Of a stretch of DNA of 64,000 nt, positions 27,318-40,658 are shown in pieces. The notes beneath the pieces were generated by a model. The model was not told the origin of the DNA, searched no databases, and saw only the letters and a program-made list of their open reading frames with translations. Every line of letters starts with the position of its first letter. Position 1 is the stretch's first letter. The stretch is from the human T2T-CHM13v2.0 reference genome, Homo sapiens, in assembly GCF_009914755.1 (NCBI RefSeq), contig NC_060928.1; one strand, written 5' to 3'. A program made the position numbers and the translations under genes.

Positions 27318-27800
27318 TTCTTCAAAAATATTTATGGCATACCCACCTCTGTGCTGGTAGTTGGGAAACAGAGAAGAGTGAAACAGGCACCTCACTACCT
27401 AATGGGGTTATAGTCTGGCAGAGAAGACAGACATTTCAAAATCATCTTACAAACAAGTCATAATCTGTGATAAATGCTATGAAGGCAAAGAAAGTGCAGA
27501 AACAAAAATAAGGGGCGTAGTTTAGAGACGGATGGGGGAAACTGTTATGAAAGAGATCTTCGAGGAAGTGAGATCTGATAAGCAGTAGTTATTCAAGCAA
27601 AACTCAGGTGAGTCTCTTAGGCAGAGGGATCAGCATGTACAATACTCCTGGGTCAGACAAGAGCTTGTTCAAGAAACTGTAAAAAGGCCAGTGAAAGCAA
27701 TGACAGCAACCTGAAGCTCGAAAGTAGAGTGGAAAGATGAAACAGACACCACCAGCAACGCTAATGATCTTTTACTTTATACTAATTATAAGGGGAAGTG
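27318..27800 (-). mobile_element. L2 fragment (continues at 28362-28398 and 29032-29140)
   Basis: aaatatttatggcatac..gataaatgctatgaagg..aggcagagggatcagcatgtac. Confidence 0.65.
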
Positions 27801-27914
27801 TATTTGCTCTGCAACATCAATCAGCTCGCTTCCAGGCCTCCCTGTGAGAGCACTTGCGTTTCCGTTCCCTCTGGTCTGCTGTACCAGTTTTCTTCACTAG
27901 CTCATTCATTTACC

Positions 27915-28361
27915 AGTGGGCAACCATAGCAAAACTATCACAAACTGGGTGACTTAAACAACAGGAATTTATTCTGTCTCAGTTCTGGAGGTCAGAAGTC
28001 TGGAAGCAAGATGACAGCATGGTCGATTCCTACTTGGGGACTCAGAGAGAGGAGCCGTCTCACGCTTTCCTCCCAGCTTCTGGTGGTTGCCGCCAGTCCC
28101 TGGCATCCCCTGGCTTGTGGCGTTGTCAATCCAGCCTCTGCCTTCACGGTCGCATGGCTTCTCCTGGAGTGCCTCTGTCTCTGTGTACACGTTTCCCTCA
28201 TAGAATACCACTGTGGGCTAGGGCTCACCCTAAGTCAGTATGAGCTCATGTTACCTTGATGATATCTGCAAAAATCCTATTTCCAAACAACGCCATAGTC
28301 AAGGTACCAGGGGTTAGGATTTAAACAAGTCTTTTTGAGGGATACAATTTAACCAATAACA
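27915..28361 (-). mobile_element. MaLR LTR MLT1C-like
   Basis: cacaaactgggtgacttaaacaacaggaatttatt..ccagcttctggtggttgcc..ggttaggat..acaatttaaccaataaca. Confidence 0.85.
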
Positions 28362-28398
28362 GAAGGCTATTGAAGGATTTTTACCAAGGGAGTGATAT

Positions 28399-29031
28399 CG
28401 AGGCAGGAAAACAGGGTCTGGAACTTAAGGCCAATTTGTGCTGAATCGAGGAAAAACACCAGGGTCTGGGGGCCAATTGGTGCTGACTTCTCAAAGCTGG
28501 ATCAAAAGGAGGACACCTGGGTCTGGGGGTAGGGAACCTAAGGCCAATTAACACGAACTTCCTAAAACTAAACCAGAAGGGGAAATCCCATCTCCCCACG
28601 CCGAGCAGCAAAGGATCAAATCTCCCTACAGCCCTCCCGCTTCCAGCACATCTCAGATGGAAAGAGAGAGTGCCCTGATTGGCCAAGCATGGGCCACCCC
28701 TTCCTCTGCATAGGGCACCAATTCACCTCAGCCTTTAATTAGCCAGGAACCAAATCCTTCATCCAGACAAGAGGTAACTTATAGGAGCCTCAAAAGGGGT
28801 ACTTAAAACCCGGAAAACTGGCTCCTTCCCCCGCCCTGTGGAGTGCTGTCTTGCTTCAGTGACTCCAGCTTTCACACCTTGTGGAGGGCTGTCTTGCTTC
28901 AGTGAATTCAGCTTTCGCTGCTTTGTTCTTGTGTCTCGTTCCTTTGTTGCTTTGTGGGTTTTGTCCAATTCTTTGTTCAAAACACCAAAGAACCTGGACA
29001 ACTGACACTCAAGGCCCTCCTTCCAGTAACA
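28399..29031 (+). mobile_element. ERV1 solo LTR, MER51 family
   Basis: (c)gaggcaggaaaacagggtctgg..gggaacctaaggcc..ttctttgttcaaaacacc..ccagtaaca; perfect ATAT TSD. Confidence 0.85.
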
Positions 29032-30288
29032 ATATGATCCTATTTTCACTTAACATCACTTTAGCTACTTGACAGAAAACGGATCGGAAAGAGTCAAAGA
29101 AGAAGGGTGAGATGGATTGAGAGGCTATTTTGGATTCCATTTTGGTAGACGTGTTCTGAAAAATTTTCGTCATATTTATAAATATTATATAAATAAATAT
29201 TTCTAAATATTTAAAACATTTAGCAAGGCAAGAAATAATAATAATATAATTAACTTTAAAGGGCATAAAAATATTCACAGGCCAAAAAATAAAAAGAAGA
29301 CTTAAACCCCGAACGGTGAGCTATCACTGCGGCTGTGGAGTGATCAGGCAGCAGCCTCTGGGCCTGAAGGCTTGCATTTTGCATGATACACAGGACAGGA
29401 GGAGAGGCATGATCTCAGCCCAAAGACGAAGTTACAAATAAGGTCTCCAAATAAAGCCAGCGCCCACAACATTGATGTAAATGTTTATATACTTTCTATA
29501 GATTATATAGAAAGACATAAAAATATATCTCTCTATATATATCCATCCACTGGTTTAAAAAGATGACAAAAGGTGACCAAAAAATGTCATCCTTAGTTTG
29601 GACTCAAAGTGACAAAAATAGATGTTTTTCATGACAACATCTGTACAGTTGACACGCTCTGGAGTTGGGTTTAAAATCATACCACGCAGTAACTCCAGGA
29701 AAGTTCAAACCGAGAAACTATTTTACACAACCTTGAGTCAGGAATGCCCAAGAAACAAAAACACAAATTCTCTGCGGAAGGTGCACCCTCAACATAAACC
29801 TTGACAGATTCTTGCACGTAAAGTCCAAACACTTAAATGTGAGCTTAATCCAAAATATGTTTTTGAAAAAGCAAAATACAAGAGTTAACGGAAACAACCA
29901 ACAGCAGAAAAAACCACCAAAGACTTTCAAGTATAAAAATATTGGATACAAATTATAAAATAAGTATTTTTAAATTATCCAAAAAAGAAATTGAAATTAT
30001 GAACTAGAAACAAAATGCTATACCAAAGAAAACAGGCTATTTGAAAAAAGAACCAAAAAGAACCTCTCAAACAGAAAATGTAATCACTCAAATTAAAAAT
30101 TCAGTAGGTAAGATAAACAAAAGATTAATGTAGCTAAGAAAATAATGACTTATACAGAAACTACTAGAATGAAGCTCAGAGACATAATGGAGATAATGAA
30201 ATGCAAAATATGAAAGAAGGTGAAGATACAAAAAGATCAGCCCTCAAAGACACAACAGGTTCTGAAGAGTGGCCAGAAGGCGAGGATT

Positions 30289-30435
30289 GGCCAAGCGTGG
30301 TGGCTCGCACCTGTAATTCCAGCAGTTTGGGAGGCCAAGGCAAGTGGATTGCTTGAGCCCAGCAGTTCAAGACCAGCCCAGGCAACATAGCAAAACCCCA
30401 TCTCTATAAAATTAAAAATTAAAAATGAAAAAAAT
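30289..30435 (+). mobile_element. FLAM_C / Alu monomer
   Basis: Single monomer with ggattgcttgagcccag and an A-rich tail. Confidence 0.85.
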
Positions 30436-30806
30436 AGGAGGTGAAGATAGGGAAATAAGAGAAACCAAACATTTCTAAGCAGATTAGATGAAAAGAAACC
30501 CACATCTGGGCACAAACTTCAACTTCGGGCCACCAAAATTAAAAAAAAAAAAGACCTTAAAAATAGCCAGAGTAAAAAGTTTACCTTCAGTGAAATAACC
30601 GTTATATGAAAAACAATTTTTTCCAACAGTATCAGTGGATCCAGAACAAAGCACTAGCCTAAAATTCTGACAGAAGATAGCATCCATCTCAAGATGTTTG
30701 CTCAGCAAACTATTGTGTCATAATTAGGACAAAATAAACACATTTTAGGCAAACAGAATCTATGTTTAATATAATCAGACTCTTGCTAAAAGAATTGCTA
30801 AAGGAA

Positions 30807-31389
<583 letters not shown>

Positions 31390-31459
31390 TTAAAAAAGGG
31401 TTTATGGCTTCCAAACCAGTAGAGAGGGTAAAAATAATTTTAAAATCAAAATTCAGTCA

Positions 31460-31610
31460 AAAAGGAGAGAAAGAAAGAGAGAAACAGAGAAAGAAAGAAG
31501 GAAGGAAGGCAGGCAGGAAGGGAGAGAAAGAGGGAGAAAGAGGGAAGGAGGGAGAGAGGGAGGAGAGAAAGAAAGAAAGGGAAAAAGAAAGAAAAAAGGA
31601 AAGAAAAGGA
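31460..31610. repeat. GA-rich low-complexity tract
   Basis: Mixture of (GAAA)n and (GGAA)n. Confidence 0.85.
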
Positions 31611-31849
31611 CAACATAGTAACAGGAGGAAAATGTAAAGCACAAAACTAGATGATGACAATAAATCCAACTCTAAAAGAAATCATACAAAATATGTGGAT
31701 CAAAATCATCAATTTAAAAACAAAATTTTAGACATAGTCTTTAATTCAGTAGTAAATTATATATAAGTGACATATTTGAAACACACAAGCTCCCTCTCTC
31801 TTCCAAACAAACTAGATTAGATGATAAGAGGCAGGAAAGAGAATGAACC

Positions 31850-32020
31850 TTTGCTTATAACCTACTGTAATGTACCCCCTCGTAATTTAAATTATGTCTC
31901 AGAGTTAGATTTTATTATTTCCATATTACAGACAGGGGATTGGGGTGCAGTGCTTAACAGCTGTACCCAGAGTCACACTTGGTAGTAATTTGCAGAGCAA
32001 AGATCTGCAAAGACTGGCTC
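31850..32020 (-). mobile_element. MIR fragment
   Basis: ttattatttccatattacagacagggg..cccagagtcacac. Confidence 0.6.
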
Positions 32021-32296
32021 TTGTGGACATCACAACAGTGCCATGTGAAACAAAGTGGCTTTCAGACCAGGACAGTGGTACTGAGATATTCTTATGATGC
32101 CCAAGTCACAGGTGAAAAGGAAACAGAGCTAATCTCTGCTGATGGTCCCATTAACGGGTTCTCAGTGTTTTCTGTTTTCATTTCTTTGGGGCAGTGAACA
32201 CCCAGACCACTGAATTCAGAAATCTTTATATTGTAAACCACTTTGTTCATTCTCTACTAAATTCACCTGGTCGTATAATTTGAAAAGCTGCATATT

Positions 32297-32374
32297 TTAT
32301 TCTTTTTGATCAATTGTTTTTATTCAAAATGTTTCTTATTCTTTTTGATCAATTGTTTTTATTCAAAATGTTTT
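32297..32374. repeat. 39-bp tandem duplication
   Basis: ttattctttttgatcaattgtttttattcaaaatgttt occurs twice. Confidence 0.9.
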
Positions 32375-33026
32375 ACGTAAGGAGTTCAACGTTTTCGTAA
32401 GAATGAGCTACCCATGCAGGCATCTACCTGCTCACTGGTGGGAGAGTGAACATAAATATTGTCCAGGGAAATTGAGAAGAAGGCAGCTGACATGTTTCTG
32501 CTAAGAAGAAGCCATCTCTTTCTTTCCATCTCTCTCTCTTCCTAAGAAAGGCAGATCAGGCCTAAAGCCCTAGCAGGTTAGCCGTGTTTCTTCTAGAAGT
32601 CAGGCCTACGATGGAGCGGTAGAAGCCAAAGGCAAGAGGAAAGAACTGGAACAGAGCTGGGCGCAGGGTGGCTAAGTCCACAACGTAAAAAGTTGAGGTC
32701 GTGTGATGTTTTTATTTCAATAGCTGACACCCTGCATTTTAAATAAGGCTTAACTTTTTAGGTACAAATTGTTAACCTAATACATTTTAATCTTTTTAAG
32801 ATGATGCATAGTTTGATCTTGTACATATAAAATTTTACTTTTTGCCTGTCTCTAACTCGCTGACTAGCGGTTCTTCACCCTCTCCATATGTGTGTGTCCA
32901 CGCACCTGTCTGTGAGTAGATACACGGAGAGAAACAATAAGATGTCTGACATGACGTTCACCTAATTTAATAATCAGAATTTCTAAGTAGTAGATTTTAG
33001 TTGGTATCTGTTTTCACTTTCACTTT

Positions 33027-33316
33027 GTTTTTTTTTTTTGAGCCGGAGTCTCGCTCTGTCGCCCAGGCTGGAGTGCAGTGGTGCCATCTCGGCTCACTGC
33101 AAGCTCCGCCTCCCGGGTTCACGCCATTCTCCTGCCTGGAGAATTCTCCTGCTGGGACCACAGGTGCACGCCACTGCCCCGGGCTAATTTTTTGTATATT
33201 TAGTAGACATGGGGTTTCATCGTGTTTGCCAGGATGGTCTCAATCTCCTGACCTCGTGATCCACCTGCCTCGGCCTCCCAAAGTGCTGGAATTACAGGTG
33301 TGAGCCACCGCACCCA
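33027..33316 (-). mobile_element. AluY within an old L1ME-like 3' remnant
   Basis: gcaagctccgcc, ttcacgccattctcc, caggatggtctc, gacctcgtgatcc. Confidence 0.93.
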
Positions 33317-33554
33317 AATGAAAATGCACCTTAATAAAATTTTAAAAAATAATTCATGCTTATTGTAGAACATTTAGAAAATGTTAAAAAGTATAAAAGA
33401 GCAAAATAGGTATCACGGCTAATTCTATGACTGTTAACATTTTAGTGAGTTTTCATTACAATCAACTTGAATGTTCAATTTGGACTCCTACTTTTTTTAC
33501 ATAATGTGTTTTTCTGTGTCTTTAATTATTTGGAGGCATGGAGAATGGGACTAT

Positions 33555-33690
33555 ATTCCAGGAGTCCGGAGAGTGAGGAATGATGGTGATCTGGGACTCT
33601 GGTTGTGGGAGTAGAAATGAAAGTCAATGAAGAAACTTGAGAAATATTTAGAGATAAGATTGACAGAACACAGTGATGGACTTGATGTGT
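33555..33690 (-). mobile_element. L2 fragment
   Basis: gatggtgatctgggact..gaaatatttagag..attgacagaac..tgatggacttgatgtg. Confidence 0.55.
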
Positions 33691-35137
33691 ATTTTGAAAT
33701 AACTTTACGTGTTTTATTTCCACAAATGTAAAGGTCTCATAATTTTGTCATAAATCACGCACAAAGAACACAAGGGCAACAATATCTTCACTGGAGACAC
33801 ATGCAAATTTCTTACAAAGTCAGCGTTTTAAATTGTGAATTCATGTGCCAACATATTTACTTAAAGCGTATAAAGAACCATGTTATGGGTATTATATTTT
33901 CTAATAATTTTACTCAACACTCTGAATGTGCATAGTCTATCCTAAAGATCAGGTAGAAATGACGGGATCTGAAATGATACAGGAGAAAAAGTCTTGGCTC
34001 TTAACCAGAGACTTTTATGGCATATTTCTATCTTTACTACATAACAGTGAAGTCTATTAAAAGTCCAAAACTGAAGCAAATTCACCTTTTTATAATGCTT
34101 CAATAATTGTGTTTTGAGGGTCTTTGCTACATACTTGAAATATATTTTCAAAGCTATCTGACTGATTTATGAAGAAATACACATGTGTTTTGTGCTTCAC
34201 AAAAGCACATTTGGATATTATTAAACAGAAAAGATAAAATATTACATAGGTCTGAAGAATTAATTTTAAAATGTTTCTTTAAGATAAACAGTGTATCAAC
34301 TATATCTTAAATGTCATCACTTTGGATGACCAACTAAGCAGATTTACAGACAACCGCATGGCTAAACAGGAATTATTTTGGTCTCTTTGTCATAAACTAT
34401 TATGTCCAAAGACAGCAGCAGCATCTCCATCGACCCTGCAGTGGGAAATCTGCCCTGTCACAGTGGAATCTCCACGGGCAACAAGGGAAAGAATATACTT
34501 CACACTATGCATAATTCCTCAAAAGTTTTCTCATTTTGAGATTGGCTCAAAAACGATGTGCTAAATAAAATTCTAGCCATCACAGGTAAGGAAGAAGGAA
34601 CTGTCAGCATTCCATCCTACGGGCTGTAATTCAGAGCTGCTGTACAAGTCACACGCTGTTCTTATCAGAAATCTGCTTTCTTAGCTTTTCTTTACACATT
34701 CCAACCTATCTTCACATATGCTGAGATTTCTGTGAGGAAGGGAGCACTCTAACATAAAATTATTGGTTGCTATTTTATGACTTGTCAGGTCTATGGCATT
34801 CAGAAATGCAGGCATGCATGCTGTGTGTCTTACCTGGCCAAGGCCCAAGTCAGCCAGACATGTGTCCCTGGGAATGGCCCCTCTGCTGATTGGCATTTGT
34901 CTGCAGGATGGATGCAGCCACCCCAAGACCTTCTGAATTCTCAAGGTTCCTTGAAGAACTGCAGGGAACTTTGCTTCTTTGATTACTGAAACTGGAAGAT
35001 GCAGCAAACTCTTCCCAGGACAAAGAGCTGGAATAGAAAGGCAACCATGGCACTCACTGGCAACACTGTCTCCCCATGTGAAGGTCATTGGAGGTCAAGC
35101 TCCAGTAAACCCATCCAATAAACCTATTTCATGGAGG

Positions 35138-35265
35138 ATTCATTCATTCATTAATTCTATAAATATTTCCTGAGGTTCTACTGTGTGCCAAGCACTATTC
35201 CCCACATCAGGACAGAATAGCCAACGAAAGAGTCAAAAACACCTTTGCTCGGAGCCTACATTTCC
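35138..35265 (-). mobile_element. L2 3' end
   Basis: attcattcattca..aaatattt..ctactgtgtgccaagcact. Confidence 0.7.
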
Positions 35266-36772
35266 CATTTTGGAAGGCTTCTTGGGCCAAAAGAACCCAG
35301 AGAGAAGGACTCCATCCCTTCTCCTGCAGCACCAGAGAAGACCCTGCTGCACTCTACAATGGTCAAGTCCAGGAAAGAAAATTCAAGCTCCTGGTTATAA
35401 ATGATAACTAACAACAAAGACTACAGCAACTGAGATGTTATGTTCCTTCTGCAAAGCTGAATTTCTCTAGTCTTAGTAAACATAAAGCTGCACTTTTCTT
35501 AGAAAAGCCAAGGGGAAATCAGAGGATGAATAATCGGAACCCTTGGAGTGAAGTGTAAGCCATCCGATATTTGGCTTATGTTTCACTGTCTGTTTCTTAA
35601 GAGGAGTTACCTTGTGTTCATTACCTTAGAGAAGAGAAAGACAGACAGAAAAAGAAAACTGTCACAGATGCTGGGAAAGTAAGCACTTGTATTAGTAACA
35701 GAAAACCACAGTAACGTGAGGAGTCACTCTCAGAAAGACTTTAAATCCTCTCTCACTCTCCAGCACATAGGAGGCCTAGGGATCTTTAGAGAAATCAGGG
35801 AGAAGGATAGATAATATCTCAGCACCATGACTCTCCCAGGAACATAAGATAGAATGTGAGGCAGGGGCCCCATCTTTCACCAGTTTCTACTCATTGGTAA
35901 GAAAACAAGGCTTGCTTTCTTATTTAAAGAACAAATCCTGTATCCACCATCTGAATTATTCTTGGCATCTGATGAGGGATGGAGACTACAGAGGCAAATT
36001 TGAAAGAAGAAATATTTTATTTTACAAGCTTGATTTGAATATAAGCCTTAAATTTATGTTGACCAAATCCAAGAATAAGATTATACAACCAAAACATAGC
36101 AAGGGGCAGGGGAAGTTTTGAGTTTTTTTCCTAATTACAAAGCCTACTAGGAGACTAATAATGGGGAAAACTTTCTCATGGAGCTGAATCCTGCAAAACC
36201 TAGTGATAAAGAACAAGAAAATAAGAATTGCAGTTTATTTCCATTCTCTTTTTCTTTCGTTATTTTATCTTTCTTAACCTATAATATATATGATTTTGCT
36301 TGTTCTAAAAGTGAGCTCACTAAAAGTGAGCCTTCGTTTTATGACAATTGTAGCCCAGATATATCTATTGGGAAATTTTTTATATGAATGCAGTGTCTAT
36401 ATCTATATAATATTCATTTTTGTAGTCTGTAGATCTGAATGGGTGACTAAATTAATGTTATGAACGGCTCACTTGAAATAACAGAGATAATTCCTTAATA
36501 TATAAGCACAAAAATTAAAATCAATTTGCAATCTTGATCAAAGATATCAATAGTCACAAACAAGGCTGATTAAGAAAGCAACGTGAACATTCTGTAACTT
36601 GATCACAACCCATAATGAGTGTTGTCCAGAGGAGAGCCTTTTAGCAATTCACAAGGCCCTGTGTGCCTAACAGTTAATTCCTGCTTAGCCAGATTGTGCA
36701 GATTCATTCTCAGGCACAACATATAAAATGCTGGGAAATACCCTGATTTTTGGCTGCAGAACTGCAATTGAG

Positions 36773-37529
36773 CCATGAGGAAGACAGTCTCCGAGAAGAC
36801 ATAGGAGGGCACAGCTCTCCCATGAGGAAGACAGCCTCAGAGGAGACATAGGAGGGCACAGCTCTCCCATGAGGAAGACAGCCTCAGAGAAGACATAGGA
36901 GGGCACAGCTCTCCCATGAGGAAGACAGCCTCAGAGAAGACATAGGAGGGCACAGCTCTCTCATGAGGTAGACAGCCTCAGAGGAGACATAGGAGAGCAC
37001 AGCTCTCCCATGAGGAAGACAGCCTCAGAGAAGACATAGGAGGGCACAGCTCTCTCATGAGGTAGACAGCCTCAGAGGAGACATAGGAGGGCACAGCTCT
37101 CCCATGAGGAAGACAGCCTCAGAGGAGACATAGGAGGGCACAGCTCTCCCATGAGGAAGACAGCCTCAGAGGAGACATAGGAGGGCACAGCTCTCTCATG
37201 AGGAAGACAGCCTCCGAGGAGACATAGGAGGGCACAGCTCTCCCATGAGGAAGACAGCCTCAGAGGAGACATAGGAGGGCACAGCTCTCCCATGAGGAAG
37301 AGAGCCTCAGAGAAGACATAAGAGGGCACAGCTCTCCCATGAGGAAGACAGCCTCAGAGGAGACATAAGAGGGCACAGCTCTCCCATGAGGAAGAGAGCC
37401 TCAGAGAAGACATAGTAGGGCACAGCTCTCTCATAAGGAAGACAGCCTCAGAGGAGACGTAGGAGGGCACAGCTTTCCCATGAGGAAGACAGCCTCAGAA
37501 GAGACATAGGAGGGCACAGCTTTCCCATG
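36773..37529. repeat. Minisatellite, 47-bp unit, 16 copies
   Basis: Unit ccatgaggaagacagcctcagaggagacataggagggcacagctctc. Confidence 0.97.
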
Positions 37530-37903
37530 GCAAAGGGCTCAAGAAGACCTGGACTCTGCTGTGAAGAAGGAAATTGTCCCAGAAAGTCCAGAGCAAGAGT
37601 CCTCCCAAATTCTTTATCAGCTCATCCTAAGAGCTCACTGGATGGCTTCACGGGGGTCATTAATTCTTCTCCTCACTCAGGAGCTCTAGTCCACAAGTAT
37701 CCAGTTTCACACACAGCTGCAAGACACTCCATTCTAGGGCCACAGTCCAGGATGCAGTCTTCACAGATTTTTTGATCAAATGGATCAAGAGTAGAGGGTC
37801 TGTCCATGAATAATAAAACATAGGGAGGAAATAAGACACATAGAATGGAATTCTCTCTTTGGGTTGAGAATATATATACCCAATAATTCTTTTTTTATTC
37901 CTT

Positions 37904-38335
37904 TGTAGGGGAAGAAAGGTTTCTTTTCCTCACCCATCACTAGGACTATGGCCGATGCCCCTGTAACAAAGTACAGATTGAGAGAAAAGTGTACACATGT
38001 ATTTAAAAAGCTTTATGTGGCACAGGAGTCTTCATAAGAAAATGACCCAAAGAAACAGGAAATCTTGTGTATCATAGTGCTTAGTTAGGTTGGATGAACA
38101 GTGGACTCAGGTATTGGTACAATTGGACAGAGTGAGTATGCTCTCATGGAGATAAACTGGGGGAACTTAGCAAGGCCTGTGTGTTCAAATTCTTCTCTGT
38201 GTCCCTGTGTCTTCAGAGATAAGGATGTTTCTTTCTTCTGGGTATAAGGACTCTTCCTCTCAAATGAGGTCTTATGATCTGCTCCTGGGGGGTCAGAGAG
38301 TGACCTGCCTGCATCTGCTTCTTCTCAAATGCCAC
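37904..38335 (-). mobile_element. ERV1 LTR, MER39-like, partial
   Basis: tgtaggggaag..ttcctcacccatcactagg..gacccaaagaaacagg..taaactgggggaacttagcaaggcctg. Confidence 0.75.
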
Positions 38336-38696
38336 TTGTGATGCCCTTCCTGGGAGACAAAGCCATCTTTGAGTATTTCAGGATTCCAAAATAGACTCCA
38401 TTCCTTGGATTTACCAAAAGCACCAGCCTAAAGGGCCTGTCAGGAAGTTCACCAGAAAGAGAAACCTATTTCCCTGTAAGGGAAGTGGCTGGATGGTCCC
38501 GCCCCAGATTCTCTGATGTGGACCTCACTTGGGATGCAACCCTGGTACAGCTCCTCCATCTCAGTCATTAGAAGTAAGTTCAATGAAAATGGTCTTCTGA
38601 TACAGTCATTGCTGAATTGCAGTTTCAACTAATTATACCCCTCAGAATCTCCTTGAATTCTAACAATTAAGTAACTAAATGTCTACTAAGTACCTA

Positions 38697-39021
<325 letters not shown>

Positions 39022-39349
39022 AAGAGTAATAAGTGAATAATATGCAACATTATTCTTTCTACAGCTTCATATGCGTTGCATTTACACGTTCTTATGTTTT
39101 TTATGAGACTTATATAGTGTGCAATGTGTATTTTCAACAGTGAAACTAAAAACTTCTCATGTGTCTTTCTTCTTTGGCCTTAAAAATTATTTTTTATGCT
39201 AACTAAATCATCTACATTATTACTCTGTGCTAACTAACATAAATAAACTAGTACACTATTCTCATTTACCCAACTTTTTTATACCGTTCCTACCAACAGT
39301 TCCAAATATAAGCTGTATTCATCATCAGTTAGTTCTAAAGAGTTTAGGT

Positions 39350-39825
39350 GCTCCCCCAATGTGCTCCTACAGCACCCTGAACCTCCTGCGTATGAGCTTT
39401 GATCATCCTGTATTGAAATGAGAAAATCCTGCATTTCCACTTTGTGCTAACCCCAGCATACCACGTCTGCAGAGTAGAGACTGTGTGTATCTTACTCATC
39501 CTTGAAGTTGCAGTGCCTGGGACCCCAGCATACCACGTCTGCAGAGTAGGGACTGTGTGTATCTTACTCATTTGCAGTCACAGTGCCTGGGACCCCAGCA
39601 TACCACGTCTGCAGAGTAGAGACCGTGTGTATCTTACTCATTTGCAGTCACAGTGCCTGGGACCCCAGCATAACACATCTGCAGAGTAGGGACTGTGTGT
39701 ATCTTACTCATCTGCAGTCGCAGTGCCTGGGACCCCAGCATAACACGTCTGCAGAGTAGGGAGTGTGTATCTTACTCATCCTTGCAGTCGCAGTGCCTGG
39801 GATAGGTGCTCAGTTGCTGAATGGC
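39350..39825 (+). mobile_element. L2 3' end containing an expanded minisatellite
   Basis: tgtgctcctacagcaccctg..gggactgtgtgtatcttactcat..cagtgcctgg..taggtgctca..tgaatg. Confidence 0.6.
39450..39801. repeat. Minisatellite, ~70-bp unit, 5 copies
   Basis: Unit accccagcataccacgtctgcagagtagggactgtgtgtatcttactcatttgcagtcacagtgcctggg. Confidence 0.95.
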
Positions 39826-40383
39826 CACAGCCCGTGTGTTCTTTCTGTAGTGTGTGTCTCATTCAGAGGCTCAGCTGCAGACACAGGCTGAACTTTACAC
39901 AAACTTCTTTCCCACCAGTCTGTTTCAAAGGAGCTCAACCATGCCCCAACATACTTTGACCCTTTTCAGTATCAATTTTCAACTGCTGTTTTCTACTCCT
40001 TGAAAGCATAACAAATAAAAGAACTTTTCTTTTTCAGTAAATTCTGAAACATAATTACCTTACCAGTCATGCCAAGTGAATCTCATTAAGCTCTTTTGAT
40101 TAAGATAATGCTAATTCATAAAAGAAAGTATCCTAAATTTAACAAACAGGAAAAATCAGGGACTTGTCTAATTCAACTCACAAAATTGAGCCACGTTTCT
40201 TTTACCATGAACATGGTGAAAGGGATTCAACTAACTAAATAAAAGAAAACAAAAGGTAAGGTTAAGTAATAGCATATTACATTTGGGGATGAAGGAGAGT
40301 CTCTAATGCTGTAACAGAGGGATTACTTTTGAACTTATTTTCCCCGTCTTTATTACTGACTTTGTAGAGGAGTAAACTGCATA

Positions 40384-40658
40384 TTTTTTTTCTTTTTTTG
40401 AGACAGTCTCATTCTGTTGCCCAGGCTGGAGTGCAATGGCACGATCTCAGCTCACTGTAGCCTCCGTCTCCTGGGTTCAAGAGATTTTCCTGCCTCAGCC
40501 TCCTGAGTAGCTGGGACTATAGGCATGCACCACCACACCTGGCTAATTTTTGTATTTTCAGTAGAGACAGTGTGTCACCATCTTGGCCAGGCTGGTCTCC
40601 AACTCCTGGCCTCAAGTGATCCACCTGTCTCAGCCTCCCAAAGCGTTGAGATTACAGG
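40384..40658 (-). mobile_element. Alu, missing ~20 nt of its 5' end
   Basis: Reverse dimer stops at gattacagg and abuts ERV internal sequence. Confidence 0.93.
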
